A model generated the notes under the pieces. The model worked only from the letters and a program-made list of their open reading frames with translations, made no database searches and was not told where the DNA came from. Shown here one piece after another: positions 37,455 to 46,548 of a stretch of DNA of 64,000 nt. Each line of letters begins with the position of its first letter. The first letter of the stretch is position 1. The position numbers and the translations under genes are program-made. This stretch comes from Chlamydiales bacterium (GTDB lineage: Bacteria > Chlamydiota > Chlamydiia > Chlamydiales > JAAKFR01): contig JAJACK010000001.1 of NCBI GenBank assembly GCA_022601535.1, positions 809,170 to 873,169 on the forward strand. The letters run 5' to 3'.

Positions 37455-39014
37455 TTATTCAATATTGTTTGATTTTCTCATAATAGGGAAATAAATTACA
37501 TCACGGATCGAAGAGGCGTTGGTAAAGAGCATTGCCAACCGGTCGAGCCCAATGCCAATCCCCGAAGCAGGTGGCATTCCTTGGCAGATTGATTCGACAA
37601 ATTCTTCATCAAGTGGATGCGCTTCTTCATCGCCTGCTTCTAATTTTGCAGCTTGCTCTTCGAGCAGTGTTCGTTGGATGATGGGGTCATTGAGCTCTGT
37701 ATAGGCGTTGCACAGTTCGCGACCGAGGAAAAAGCTTTCAAATCGTTCGACAAACCCTTCTTCCCGCAGTTTCGGGTCTCGATGTGGTTTGCAAAGAGGA
37801 GTCGTTTCGATGGGGTGGTCTGTAATATGGTGGGGTTGGACCAGTTTTGTTGAGACGAGCTCGTCAAAAAGAAGGGCGATGAGTCCTCCTCTTGGGGCTT
37901 TGTTGATAAAGGCGTGGTCCACCTCTGTTTGATCCATCAAGATTTTGCGCATCTGAGCATCACTCAGTTGATCGGGGTCATGGTTGGCATATGTTTTGAT
38001 GCTCTCGGTCATCGTCATTCGCTTCCAAGGTGCTGTGACATCGACCATGACATCTTCATAAGGAATTTTAGTGGTGCCTAGGAGTTCTTGTGCAATTTTC
38101 TCAATCAGTTTTTCCACAAATTCCATCATGTCGTTGTAGTCCCAATAGGCAGCATACGCCTCGAGCATCGTGAATTCAGGGTTGTGTGTTCGGTCAATTC
38201 CTTCATTGCGAAAGACTTTTCCAATTTCATAGATCCGTTCAACGCCACCGACCAGGATTTTTTTGAGCGCAATTTCAAGAGAGATCCGCAAAAAGACATC
38301 TTGTTCAACGGCGTGGATATGAGTGGTGAAGGGGCGCGCTTCAGCTCCACCGTAAATATTTTGAAGAACAGGGGTCTCCACTTCGAGGAAATGGTACTCT
38401 TGAAGAAAGTTGCGGATCACTTGCATCATCTGGCTTCGGATAGCAAATGTTTCATATACTTCATTGTGGGAGATGAGATCGAGCCACCGTTTCCGGTAGC
38501 GCACCTCTTTATCTGTCAAGCCGCTGTGCTTCTCGGGAAGGGGGAGGAGACTTTTACAAAGAAGGGTCAGCTTTTTGACAAAGAGGGTAAGCTCCCCCTT
38601 TTGTGTTCTAAAAAGATGTCCTTCAACGCCGATGAGATCACCAAGGTCGAGTTTTTTCTCGATGAATTTGAGGGGCTTGACCTCAGAATCATCCTCAAGT
38701 CCTTCTACTTTTGAGAGATCACGATTGAACATAAGTTGGATTTTATCATTTCCTTCTCGCACATGAGCAAAGGCATTTTTCCCCATTGCACGGAAAAGAA
38801 TGAGTCGGCCTGCTAAAGAGATGAGGTCTGTTTTTCCCGCTGCAGCCTCTTCACTATTGCCGACGGTTTCTTTATCGTAGTCAGTTAAGATCTTTTTTGC
38901 TGAATGTGTCGGTGTAAATTTATGTGGATAAGGTTCTACGCCAAGATCGGTGATCTCTCTCAATTTTTGAGAACGGTTTTTATACTCTTCACTCTTTTGA
39001 TAACTTGGCTTCAT
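37455..39014 (-). CDS. lysS: Lysine--tRNA ligase (class II)
   Basis: LPEKHSGLTD..RYRKR, FLEVETP, FRNEGID..HNPEF and GIGIGLDRL motifs; ATG 39014 has AGGAG and overlaps the upstream sORF stop. Confidence 0.97.
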   Translation of the reverse strand: MKPSYQKSEEYKNRSQKLREITDLGVEPYPHKFTPTHSAKKILTDYDKETVGNSEEAAAGKTDLISLAGRLILFRAMGKNAFAHVREGNDKIQLMFNRDLSKVEGLEDDSEVKPLKFIEKKLDLGDLIGVEGHLFRTQKGELTLFVKKLTLLCKSLLPLPEKHSGLTDKEVRYRKRWLDLISHNEVYETFAIRSQMMQVIRNFLQEYHFLEVETPVLQNIYGGAEARPFTTHIHAVEQDVFLRISLEIALKKILVGGVERIYEIGKVFRNEGIDRTHNPEFTMLEAYAAYWDYNDMMEFVEKLIEKIAQELLGTTKIPYEDVMVDVTAPWKRMTMTESIKTYANHDPDQLSDAQMRKILMDQTEVDHAFINKAPRGGLIALLFDELVSTKLVQPHHITDHPIETTPLCKPHRDPKLREEGFVERFESFFLGRELCNAYTELNDPIIQRTLLEEQAAKLEAGDEEAHPLDEEFVESICQGMPPASGIGIGLDRLAMLFTNASSIRDVIYFPIMRKSNNIE

Positions 39015-39148
39015 TGACTCTCCTGTTTGGTAAATCCACTCCGATTTTGAGTCAGCCATAGGTAGGGGTAGAGGGATAAGACAAGGGTGACAGCTCCTAC
39101 CAAGATGACTGCAATCAAAAATATTTTTGTGTGCGAAGTCGACCTCAT
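39011..39148 (-). CDS. 45-aa single-TM small protein (not in the ORF track)
   Basis: MRSTSHTKIFLIAVILVGAVTLVLSLYPYLWLTQNRSGFTKQESQ; TG-G-TAAACT lies 7 nt upstream; ATGA overlap with lysS. Confidence 0.6.
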   Translation of the reverse strand: MRSTSHTKIFLIAVILVGAVTLVLSLYPYLWLTQNRSGFTKQESQ

Positions 39149-39168
39149 AGGGAGGAGTTTACCAACCT

Positions 39169-41376
39169 TCAAAAAAAAGTGGAAATAGAATCGATGTCTA
39201 GGTGGAGTTTCACTTGAGTAGGGTAGGGAACTTTCCGGATTGCTCGGGTGATTTTCACAATAGGACCTCGAATGAGGAATTGAAAGCGGAATTGATCACG
39301 CACTTTGGGGTGGCCTGAGGGGACAAGAGGATGGATGATGCACCCAGAGAGTTCTTTTGAGAGGTTGTTTCGAAATTGATTTCCAACTTGCTCTGTCAGG
39401 AGGGAATTGGGATTGGAAAATGTTAGCTTTACAAGATGAGTGTAAGGGGGAAATCCAAAGGTTTCACGGATCTCTATCTCTTGTTTGTAAAAAGAGACAT
39501 AGTCTTGTTTTGAAGCGAGTTCGATGGTGGGGTTGGTTGGTAGTTGGGTTTGAATCACCACTTCTCCAGGAAGTTCTCCCCGTCCTGCTCGCCCGGCCAC
39601 TTGGGTGATGAGTTGAAATGTTTGCTCTGAAGCGCGGAAATCGGGAATATTGAGCGCGCTGTCGCTATTTAGAATGGCTACGAGCGTGACAAGGGGGAAA
39701 TGAAGCCCTTTTGCAATCATTTGAGTGCCGATCATCACATCTGCTTTCCCTGTCCGAAATTGGCGAAATAGCCGTTCATGACTCCCTTTATGACGGGTTG
39801 TATCTCCATCGACACGTAGTGTGCGCACCTCTGGTAGAACAGCGTGTATTGCCCGTTCAACTTGTTCTGTCCCCACCCCTTTATAGGAAAAATCTTGTGT
39901 CTCCTGGCAAGAGGGACAGGTCGTTGGAGGGGGGGTGATTCGGTAGTCACATAGGTGGCAAGCGAGAGTCTTTTGGTTGGAGTGAAAGGTGAGTGAAAGG
40001 TCGCAGTGAGGACATTTAAAGATGTGTCCACAAAGGCACCGCATGCTTGTGTGATACCCTCGTCTATTGAGAAAGAGGATTGTTTGTTCTCCTTTTTCTA
40101 CTCGTGTTTTGATCTTTCCAATGAGCAGTTCTGAAAAAGAGGTGTACCCTTTTGCCTTTTCAAATTCCCGTTTCATATCGACGATTGTGACTGAAGGGAG
40201 TTTTGCATGGGTTGGACGAGTTAAGAGAGTGGAGAGGTGGTACTTTCCAGACAGAGCGTTGTGATAGCTCTCTAAACTCGGTGTGGCAGACCCTAAGATG
40301 ACCACACTATTTGTCAATTTTCCTCGCATCACAGCCATATCTCGTCCGTGATAGGTGGGTCGTTCATCTTGCTGTTTATAGGCTGAATCGTGCTCTTCAT
40401 CGACGATGATAAGGCCTAGATTGGGAACGGGAGAAAAAAGTGCTGAGCGAGCTCCAATTACAATTTTTGCTTCCCCTTTTTGAATCCGAAACCATTCGTC
40501 CCGCCGCTGCCCTTTAGAGAGTCTGTGGTGTAAGATTGCAATTTCATTTTCAAAACGGCTCCGAAATCTCTCGATGGTTTGTGGTGTCAGTGAGATTTCA
40601 GGAACAAGCATAATGACACCTTTGCCGAGTTTAAGCGCTTGATCAATGGCACAGAGGTAAACTTCTGTTTTTCCACTTCCTGTGACACCGTGGACAAGGT
40701 GAGTTTCAAATTTTTGTGCAATCAGTCCGTTGTTGATTTTATCAAGCGCTTTTTTTTGCTCTTCGATCAACTTTTTGGGTTTCGATTTAAAATAGTTCTC
40801 TCCTACCAATGGAGAGCGGTCGATTGCAACTTGTTTTAATGAGATCGCGCCTAGTTTGACAAGTGAATCGATCGGGCTTTTTGAAACGCCTGTTTTTTCG
40901 AGAAGCTCTGTGAGAAGTAAACCCGATTTTCTTAGCAAAAGAAAATCGAGGACTTTTGCTTGGGGAGCAGAGCGGGTACGCACTTTTGTGCAAAGGGTGC
41001 GTAATTTATCATGAGAGAGTTTTCGGGAGACAAAATATTGTTTTTTTTCAGCCGTTTCACTTCGAATACTGGAGGGAATCATCAGCTTGAGAATTTGACG
41101 CAAGGGAGTTAAATAGTACTCTTGCATCCAAAGAGCTAATTGATAGAGGTCCTTTGGAAGGGCGTGATTATCAAGCACTTCAGATATAGGAAGAAGAGAG
41201 GGGAACTCAGATTTATCTTTAAGAGCAAGGATAGTTCCGAGCCTTAAATGTCCTTTAAGAGGAACTTTAACCCGCATTCCTCTGCAAAGAGTGAGCCCTT
41301 CTGGAATGCGGTAGTCAAGAGTTTTGTCAATGCCAACATCTAGGAGGACAGAGGCAACTGTTTCAGCTTTTCCCAC
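39169..41376 (-). CDS. priA: Primosomal protein N'
   Basis: GVTGSGKTEVY, DEEH, SATPS, LNRRGY, Cys-rich Zn motifs, GTQMIAKG and QVAGRAGR. Confidence 0.96.
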   Translation of the reverse strand: MGKAETVASVLLDVGIDKTLDYRIPEGLTLCRGMRVKVPLKGHLRLGTILALKDKSEFPSLLPISEVLDNHALPKDLYQLALWMQEYYLTPLRQILKLMIPSSIRSETAEKKQYFVSRKLSHDKLRTLCTKVRTRSAPQAKVLDFLLLRKSGLLLTELLEKTGVSKSPIDSLVKLGAISLKQVAIDRSPLVGENYFKSKPKKLIEEQKKALDKINNGLIAQKFETHLVHGVTGSGKTEVYLCAIDQALKLGKGVIMLVPEISLTPQTIERFRSRFENEIAILHHRLSKGQRRDEWFRIQKGEAKIVIGARSALFSPVPNLGLIIVDEEHDSAYKQQDERPTYHGRDMAVMRGKLTNSVVILGSATPSLESYHNALSGKYHLSTLLTRPTHAKLPSVTIVDMKREFEKAKGYTSFSELLIGKIKTRVEKGEQTILFLNRRGYHTSMRCLCGHIFKCPHCDLSLTFHSNQKTLACHLCDYRITPPPTTCPSCQETQDFSYKGVGTEQVERAIHAVLPEVRTLRVDGDTTRHKGSHERLFRQFRTGKADVMIGTQMIAKGLHFPLVTLVAILNSDSALNIPDFRASEQTFQLITQVAGRAGRGELPGEVVIQTQLPTNPTIELASKQDYVSFYKQEIEIRETFGFPPYTHLVKLTFSNPNSLLTEQVGNQFRNNLSKELSGCIIHPLVPSGHPKVRDQFRFQFLIRGPIVKITRAIRKVPYPTQVKLHLDIDSISTFF

Positions 41377-41873
41377 AGCTCCCTTTTTTTAGATTCATCA
41401 TGGAGATAGAGTTCTATCTTCTCAAGAGGAAAGAGGTTGGCTTCTAATTTATAAAGTGTTGGAGAGGGGAGGCGAGAGCGGAGTATTGGAACCGTTTGAA
41501 TGTGGTCGATCGGAAGGAGAAGGATTTGAAAAAGAGGGTTTTTAAAAAGGGTACTCCATCCCATTTGTTCGATCTTTTCCAAGGAAAAAAGAGAAGAGGC
41601 AGCGATGTATTTGGTCAAAGCATCGGAAATTTTTATCAAAAAAGGATGCACATCAAGACAGATGATCGGCGTGATCGGTGTTGTTAGAGAAAATTGTTCA
41701 GCCGCCCATTTTTGCATTTCACTCAAAGGTTCTGGTTCTTTTTTGGGAGGAGGAGAAGGGGGTGGTGATTTAGGAGTTTTCACTTCTTTGATTTTTTCAA
41801 GAGCAAAGGGGTGCTCCTTTTCTTGGATATACCGTCTCAGATCGTGGGCGAGTTTACTTTTCATATTGTCCAA
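41340..41873 (-). CDS. Hypothetical protein with a Pro-rich linker
   Basis: 177-aa ORF overlapping both neighbours in the priA operon. Confidence 0.65.
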   Translation of the reverse strand: MDNMKSKLAHDLRRYIQEKEHPFALEKIKEVKTPKSPPPSPPPKKEPEPLSEMQKWAAEQFSLTTPITPIICLDVHPFLIKISDALTKYIAASSLFSLEKIEQMGWSTLFKNPLFQILLLPIDHIQTVPILRSRLPSPTLYKLEANLFPLEKIELYLHDESKKRELWEKLKQLPLSS

Positions 41874-42471
41874 CTATGTCGAGGTGTTTGTTGATAGTGG
41901 GAAGGAGGTGACTAAATCCTCTCTTTGAAAAACAGTGTGTTAAAAATTGCGATGCCTCTTTCACTCCATTTGAAAAAAAAGAGAGCACTTTTTTTGCTGT
42001 TGTCCCTTTTCCATAGATACGGTCGATTGCTGTTTGTTTCCGGAGAAGGAAAAAAAGCAAAGGGCCATTTTTTTCATAAAAATGTATCTGCTCAAGAAGT
42101 TTTGCTGTGAAGATGAGCATCTCTTTTTTTAGTCTCTCAAACGAAGCTTTAGGACACACCTCCTCTTTGTGTAGAGCGTATTGGCACTCTTTTGCTGCAA
42201 GAAGAGCTTCATCTAGAGGTGTTTCAATTGTATGTATCGATGAAGCAGGTGGGATAAGTGAACAGTAGAAGCGCAATTTCCTAAGATGTCCAATCGGCCT
42301 CCCTAAGCCACATACACCTCGCCAATGAGTGGAGGGATCTTCTTTTTCGCCAATAAGGTCTTGGAGCGATCCTTTGCTAGGAGACTTGGAAAGAACGTCT
42401 TGCGCAATTAGACATTCGTTTAGAAGAAATTGGAGGAGAAGTGTTTCATCACACTTGTCACAATTTTGCAT
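41854..42471 (-). CDS. Hypothetical protein
   Basis: 205-aa ORF tightly packed in the same operon. Confidence 0.65.
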   Translation of the reverse strand: MQNCDKCDETLLLQFLLNECLIAQDVLSKSPSKGSLQDLIGEKEDPSTHWRGVCGLGRPIGHLRKLRFYCSLIPPASSIHTIETPLDEALLAAKECQYALHKEEVCPKASFERLKKEMLIFTAKLLEQIHFYEKNGPLLFFLLRKQTAIDRIYGKGTTAKKVLSFFSNGVKEASQFLTHCFSKRGFSHLLPTINKHLDIVGQYEK

Positions 42472-42916
42472 GGGACAAGTTTAACAAACTCGTATGATTT
42501 TTTTCCAAAAAAGGTTCCTTCCAATAGTAATAATCGAGCAAATGCTCGTATGGCCTTCCCAAAATGAGATGAGCGACATAGAGAGCTTCGATAGAAGCAA
42601 GCCCTCCGGCTACATCTTGTTTTCTCGGATACGCTGTCTTTATCGTAGAGGGCAAACTCCTAGGGGTGAGGGGAAGAGAGAGAGAGTCGTCCATTTTTTT
42701 TGCCAACCGCCATGTTCCATCTAATAAGAGAAGTCCAAAGTCGCGATCTTCTGAGGTTAGAACAGGAGCATCCACTTTGAGGAGCAAATATCCTTCAAAA
42801 GAGGGAGGTTTTTGCAAAGGGTAGCGTAAAAAATGGAGGGAGGGGTCTTCCTCTAAGTGACGAAGACTACATTTTTTAAGGTTTTCTTTTCTGTGACGGA
42901 TAATGATTGACTTCAT
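42458..42916 (-). CDS. Putative RNA aminocarboxypropyltransferase (DTW/Tsr3-like)
   Basis: HRKENLKKCSL, LLLDGTW, TAYPR and GLASIEAL motifs; ATG 42916 chosen. Confidence 0.65.
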   Translation of the reverse strand: MKSIIIRHRKENLKKCSLRHLEEDPSLHFLRYPLQKPPSFEGYLLLKVDAPVLTSEDRDFGLLLLDGTWRLAKKMDDSLSLPLTPRSLPSTIKTAYPRKQDVAGGLASIEALYVAHLILGRPYEHLLDYYYWKEPFLEKNHTSLLNLSHAKL

Positions 42917-42983
42917 AAAACTATTGTAGAAAACAAAGTGTAACACATATATTCACAGAAATGAAGCAAACAAGAGGTTCTAA

Positions 42984-43457
42984 ATGAAACTTTTTTCTAC
43001 TCTACTCATTCTAGCGATCACAACGGTAAATTTACATGCTCAAGAGGAGCAATCTCCACAGATGCAGACTCAAGGCAGCTCAATCCAATGGTTTACCGAC
43101 TATCAGTCAGCTATGCAGATGGCACAAAAAGAGCGAAAGCCTTTAATCCTATACTTTACAGGCTCTGATTGGTGTGGCTGGTGCAAGAAAATGGATAGCG
43201 AAATTTTCTCCTCACCAGAATTTACATCAGCTGTCGGGTCAAAATTTATTTTTGTCAAACTCGACTTCCCAATGAACCAGAAGCTTCCTCAAGAGGAAAT
43301 ACAGCAAAATGCACAGTTAAAGCAACGTTACGGTGTGACTGGGTATCCAACGATTGTGATTGTCGATGCGTCAGGAGGATTTTTGGGGCAGACAGGCTAT
43401 CGTTCTGGAGGTGGAAAGGCTTACGCCAACTATCTCGACAGTTTTTTAGGAAAGTAG
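42984..43457 (+). CDS. Exported thioredoxin-fold disulfide oxidoreductase (chlamydial DsbH-like)
   Basis: Signal peptide; FTGSDWCGWC active site; cis-Pro loop GYPT. Confidence 0.9.
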   Translation: MKLFSTLLILAITTVNLHAQEEQSPQMQTQGSSIQWFTDYQSAMQMAQKERKPLILYFTGSDWCGWCKKMDSEIFSSPEFTSAVGSKFIFVKLDFPMNQKLPQEEIQQNAQLKQRYGVTGYPTIVIVDASGGFLGQTGYRSGGGKAYANYLDSFLGK

Positions 43458-43471
43458 TGACTTAGGAGAAA

Positions 43472-44467
43472 GTGATGCTCTATCGGGTGATCTTGTTCAT
43501 AGCAGCAGTCTTGTTTTTGCCATGCCATGCTGATTTTCAGGTGGATTATGCAAAAGCTTTAGAGCAAGGGTGTAAGGAGAAAAAACCGCTCCTTCTTTTC
43601 TTCAATGGCTCTGATTGGTCAGGGCTTGGAATGAAGATGAAAAATGAGATTTTCCTCTCTTCTGAGTTCAAAAAAGAACTTGGAGACCGTTTGATTTGTG
43701 TCGAACTCGACTTTCCCAAGCATCATGAGATCGATTCGGCCAAACAGCTACAAAATCGAAAACTAAAAGAGCAGTACCAGATCCGAGAGTTTCCCTCTCT
43801 TGTCATGATTGATTCATCAGAAAGGGTGATTCTACAGTTTGGTTATCTACCTGAAAGTGGAACGCAGTTTGCTCAAGACCTCCTCCGGTTCATCGATCAA
43901 GATCGTCAGCTCATCGCTCTTCTCGAACAAATCGACTCCCTCAAGGAGAGCGGGCTTCAACAAGGGTATGGATTGGCAGTGGAGCTACAGCAAGAGAGCG
44001 CAATCGATGCATTTTTAGTCGCAGGGAGCAAATGTGAGAGCCCCGCATTTTTTCTTATCCAACACTACCGCCGACTTGTTGAGGAAGGAAGAGAGAAAGA
44101 GCTCTATACCATGGGTGTAAAGGACCGCCTTTTGCAACTCGATCCCAATAATAGCCAAGGCTACCTCTTCTCTCTTGCACTTATCGATTTTCAGTCCCGT
44201 TCCCGTTTTGATAGCACTCTTTCTGTTGAAGAGGTGATCAAGCCTTTAAAAGAGTACTTGGCGATGTTTGGTGAGAAGGATCAAGAAAATCGATGGCGGG
44301 TTGAAATGATGATTGCTCAATTCTACCTCGAGCATGATGAGTTAAACTCAGCACTGAAACATGCGGAGATCGCCTACAAACTTGCCCCAACAGAGAAGCA
44401 GGGAGAGATGAACCACTCCCTCCGCTACATCAAAGAGCAAGCCAGTCAGCTTGTCAACGCTCGGTAA
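43472..44467 (+). CDS. Exported thioredoxin-fold protein lacking CxxC, with a helical/TPR-like C-terminus
   Basis: Signal peptide; FNGSDWSGLG aligns with the neighbour's FTGSDWCGWC; ELDFP and EFPS motifs. Confidence 0.8.
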   Translation: MMLYRVILFIAAVLFLPCHADFQVDYAKALEQGCKEKKPLLLFFNGSDWSGLGMKMKNEIFLSSEFKKELGDRLICVELDFPKHHEIDSAKQLQNRKLKEQYQIREFPSLVMIDSSERVILQFGYLPESGTQFAQDLLRFIDQDRQLIALLEQIDSLKESGLQQGYGLAVELQQESAIDAFLVAGSKCESPAFFLIQHYRRLVEEGREKELYTMGVKDRLLQLDPNNSQGYLFSLALIDFQSRSRFDSTLSVEEVIKPLKEYLAMFGEKDQENRWRVEMMIAQFYLEHDELNSALKHAEIAYKLAPTEKQGEMNHSLRYIKEQASQLVNAR

Positions 44468-44765
44468 GCGAGAGAAGCTCTTCTTTGATCTCCTTAAAAG
44501 TTGCCGAAAGAGCATTTTTTTGAGGTGTGATATTGATCTGGATATTGGGAAGAGAAGACGTTCGAAATGCCTCCCGAACCAGACGTTTAAAACGATTCCG
44601 AAGATTAGATTTTCCAAAACGACGAGAAACCGTCAGCCCAAGCTTTGGGTGTCTAGAAGGCAAGATATGAGCTTGAAGGTAATACCCAGACCGTCTCTTC
44701 CCATTTTTGGCAAGATAGCGGAACTCGGATCGCTTGAGAATACGAGCGGTTTTAGAGAAGGTCAT
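44454..44765 (-). CDS. rnpA: Ribonuclease P protein component
   Basis: [25 protein letters not shown] (RNR motif); directly follows rpmH. Confidence 0.93.
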   Translation of the reverse strand: MTFSKTARILKRSEFRYLAKNGKRRSGYYLQAHILPSRHPKLGLTVSRRFGKSNLRNRFKRLVREAFRTSSLPNIQINITPQKNALSATFKEIKEELLSLTER

Positions 44766-44899
44766 ACAGCTGTGAGGCGATGACGACCATGCCGGCGACG
44801 GCGGTTTAAAATTTTTCTACCACTTGCTGTCTTCATACGTGCACGAAATCCAACTGAAGATTTACGCTTTCGTTTACTCGGTTGATACGTTCTTTTCAT
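44762..44899 (-). CDS. rpmH: 50S ribosomal protein L34 (not in the ORF track)
   Basis: Translated by hand: [45 protein letters not shown]; ATGA overlap with rnpA. Confidence 0.97.
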   Translation of the reverse strand: MKRTYQPSKRKRKSSVGFRARMKTASGRKILNRRRRHGRHRLTAV

Positions 44900-44957
44900 C
44901 TAAATTCTCCTAATTTGCATTCGATCCTACCATCTTTTGGGGATTAAAACAAGAGGG

Positions 44958-44986
44958 TTGCATAGAAATCTCTATTTCTGTAAAGT
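44958..44986 (+). promoter_or_regulatory. Putative promoter of rpmJ-rpsN
   Basis: TTGCAT-17 nt-TAAAGT; the spacer contains the inverted repeat AGAAAT-CTCT-ATTTCT. Confidence 0.5.
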
Positions 44987-45008
44987 GTCCACAAAACAAG
45001 GTAGAAAT

Positions 45009-45146
45009 ATGAAGGTAAAAGCATCGATCAAAGCCGATCCCTCCAAAGGAGATAAACTTGTCCGTAGGAGAGGTCGACTCTATATCATCAACAAAAAAGA
45101 CCCAAATCGTAAACAAAGACAAAAAGGACCCGCTCGAAAGAAGTAG
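45009..45146 (+). CDS. rpmJ: 50S ribosomal protein L36 (Zn-free type)
   Basis: MKVKASIK...[22 protein letters not shown]. Confidence 0.95.
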   Translation: MKVKASIKADPSKGDKLVRRRGRLYIINKKDPNRKQRQKGPARKK

Positions 45147-45152
45147 ACTATT

Positions 45153-45458
45153 ATGGCTAAAAAATCTTCTATTGCAAAACAACATCGACGAGAAAAGCTC
45201 GTCAAACTCAATAGGGACCGTCGTGATTCCCTTCGAGAAAAGAGTAAAAACATGAATTTATCTGAGGAAGAGCGTGAAGAAGCGCGTGTCTCTCTTAATA
45301 AGATGCGTCGCGACACCTCTCCTTCAAGACTGAAAAACCGGTGTAAGCTAACCGGCCGTCCCCACGCTTATTTGCGTAAATTTGGGGTCTCTAGAATTTG
45401 TTTTAGAGAGTTGGCCTCTATGGGAATGATCCCTGGTATTACCAAAGCTTCTTGGTAA
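45153..45458 (+). CDS. rpsN: 30S ribosomal protein S14 (long type)
   Basis: MAKKS...[12 protein letters not shown]...[10 protein letters not shown]...IPGITKASW. Confidence 0.97.
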   Translation: MAKKSSIAKQHRREKLVKLNRDRRDSLREKSKNMNLSEEEREEARVSLNKMRRDTSPSRLKNRCKLTGRPHAYLRKFGVSRICFRELASMGMIPGITKASW

Positions 45459-45486
45459 GTCTACATTTAGTTTCTAGACAGCCACT

Positions 45487-45522
45487 AAAAATAACAGAAC
45501 CACCGTTCTGTTATTTTTTTTT
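45487..45522 (+). terminator. Rho-independent terminator after rpsN, probably bidirectional
   Basis: AAAAATAACAGAAC-CACC-GTTCTGTTATTTTT followed by further T residues. Confidence 0.8.
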
Positions 45523-45642
45523 ATGATAAAATAAAGGGTATGTCACCAATTACGACAGCTCTACGGCTTAAGAGATTTTTAAGGAAAAACTGCTCATCTA
45601 CACCCCTGGGAAGGGGGCTCAGCTAGCTTTTAACGATACACT

Positions 45643-46053
45643 CTAGATTTTGTTGAATTCTTTTTTGAGATCGGGTAGGTCGTGGAGATGCTTCCACTCT
45701 TTCATCCCTTCTCCCCAAACTAGTGTTTTGTCTGTCAACGTTTTGTCTTGCCAGTTTTTCGCTATATGAGGAAATTCAAAAGGGCCACACTGCTCCTTGC
45801 TATGAGGATCTAAGTAGTACCACATCTTTAGCCAAGCCTCGCTCCTCTGTAGTTGAGGTGCTTTAGGAGCCGCTTTTGCCACAAATGGACGGCGAGGAAG
45901 GACAAAGAGCAAGATGACTCCAAAAATGCCTAAAAATAAGCCTATGAAGAACCAAAGAAAAGGCCTTCTCCCACGTCTTTTTGCAAAATGAGCAGAGAAG
46001 ACACCGAAGAAGATCCAAAATAAAATAATATTCAAAAGTTGCATTATTCCCAT
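45643..46053 (-). CDS. Membrane protein with a C-terminal GYF_2 (DUF4339)-like domain
   Basis: TM hairpin with AKRRGR..FLWFFIG; WYY...GPF...TLVWGEGMKEW; ATG 46053 or 46044. Confidence 0.8.
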   Translation of the reverse strand: MGIMQLLNIILFWIFFGVFSAHFAKRRGRRPFLWFFIGLFLGIFGVILLFVLPRRPFVAKAAPKAPQLQRSEAWLKMWYYLDPHSKEQCGPFEFPHIAKNWQDKTLTDKTLVWGEGMKEWKHLHDLPDLKKEFNKI

Positions 46054-46089
46054 AACTTCACTATATTTTAGCACATAGAGGGAATTTTT

Positions 46090-46542
46090 ATGAATGAAAA
46101 AGTAGACACAAAAGAATTTGAGCTTCCAAAAACGACCTTCAGTCACGATATTGAAACACGGGTTATTCAAATCATTATTTTAAATGCTTTGAATAAAGTT
46201 GGAGGGGTCACTCTCCTCGGTGGGAATTTGATAGATACCCTTTTAGGGCGTGAGATTGAGAGTGTAAAAGGGATTGTTGTTGAGCAAGATAGCAAGAATC
46301 ATGTCGTTAAAGTGAAAGTTGAAGTGAACATGCACTACGGCGTTTCTATCCCCGATAAATCGGATGAGGTACAGAGCATTGTGGTGGAAGAGATCACTAA
46401 ACTAACCGGACTTCATGTTGCAACTGTGCATTTAGTCATCAAAGGGTTGGTTGCACCTGAATCGAAAGAAAAAGAAGAGGAAGAGATTTTCCCCGCCTCT
46501 TTGATTCAGGATGAAGAACTAGAAGAATTGAAAAATAGTTAA
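46090..46542 (+). CDS. Asp23/Gls24-family protein
   Basis: VKGIVVE, V.VEVNMHYGVSIPD and ITKLTGLHVATVHL motifs. Confidence 0.88.
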   Translation: MNEKVDTKEFELPKTTFSHDIETRVIQIIILNALNKVGGVTLLGGNLIDTLLGREIESVKGIVVEQDSKNHVVKVKVEVNMHYGVSIPDKSDEVQSIVVEEITKLTGLHVATVHLVIKGLVAPESKEKEEEEIFPASLIQDEELEELKNS

Positions 46543-46548
46543 TCGACG

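Noticed and set aside
45009-45458. Zn-free L36 and S14 as a zinc-starvation paralog operon
   Set aside because: These forms in this position are the ordinary chlamydial copies; the promoter inverted repeat is too short to call a Zur box
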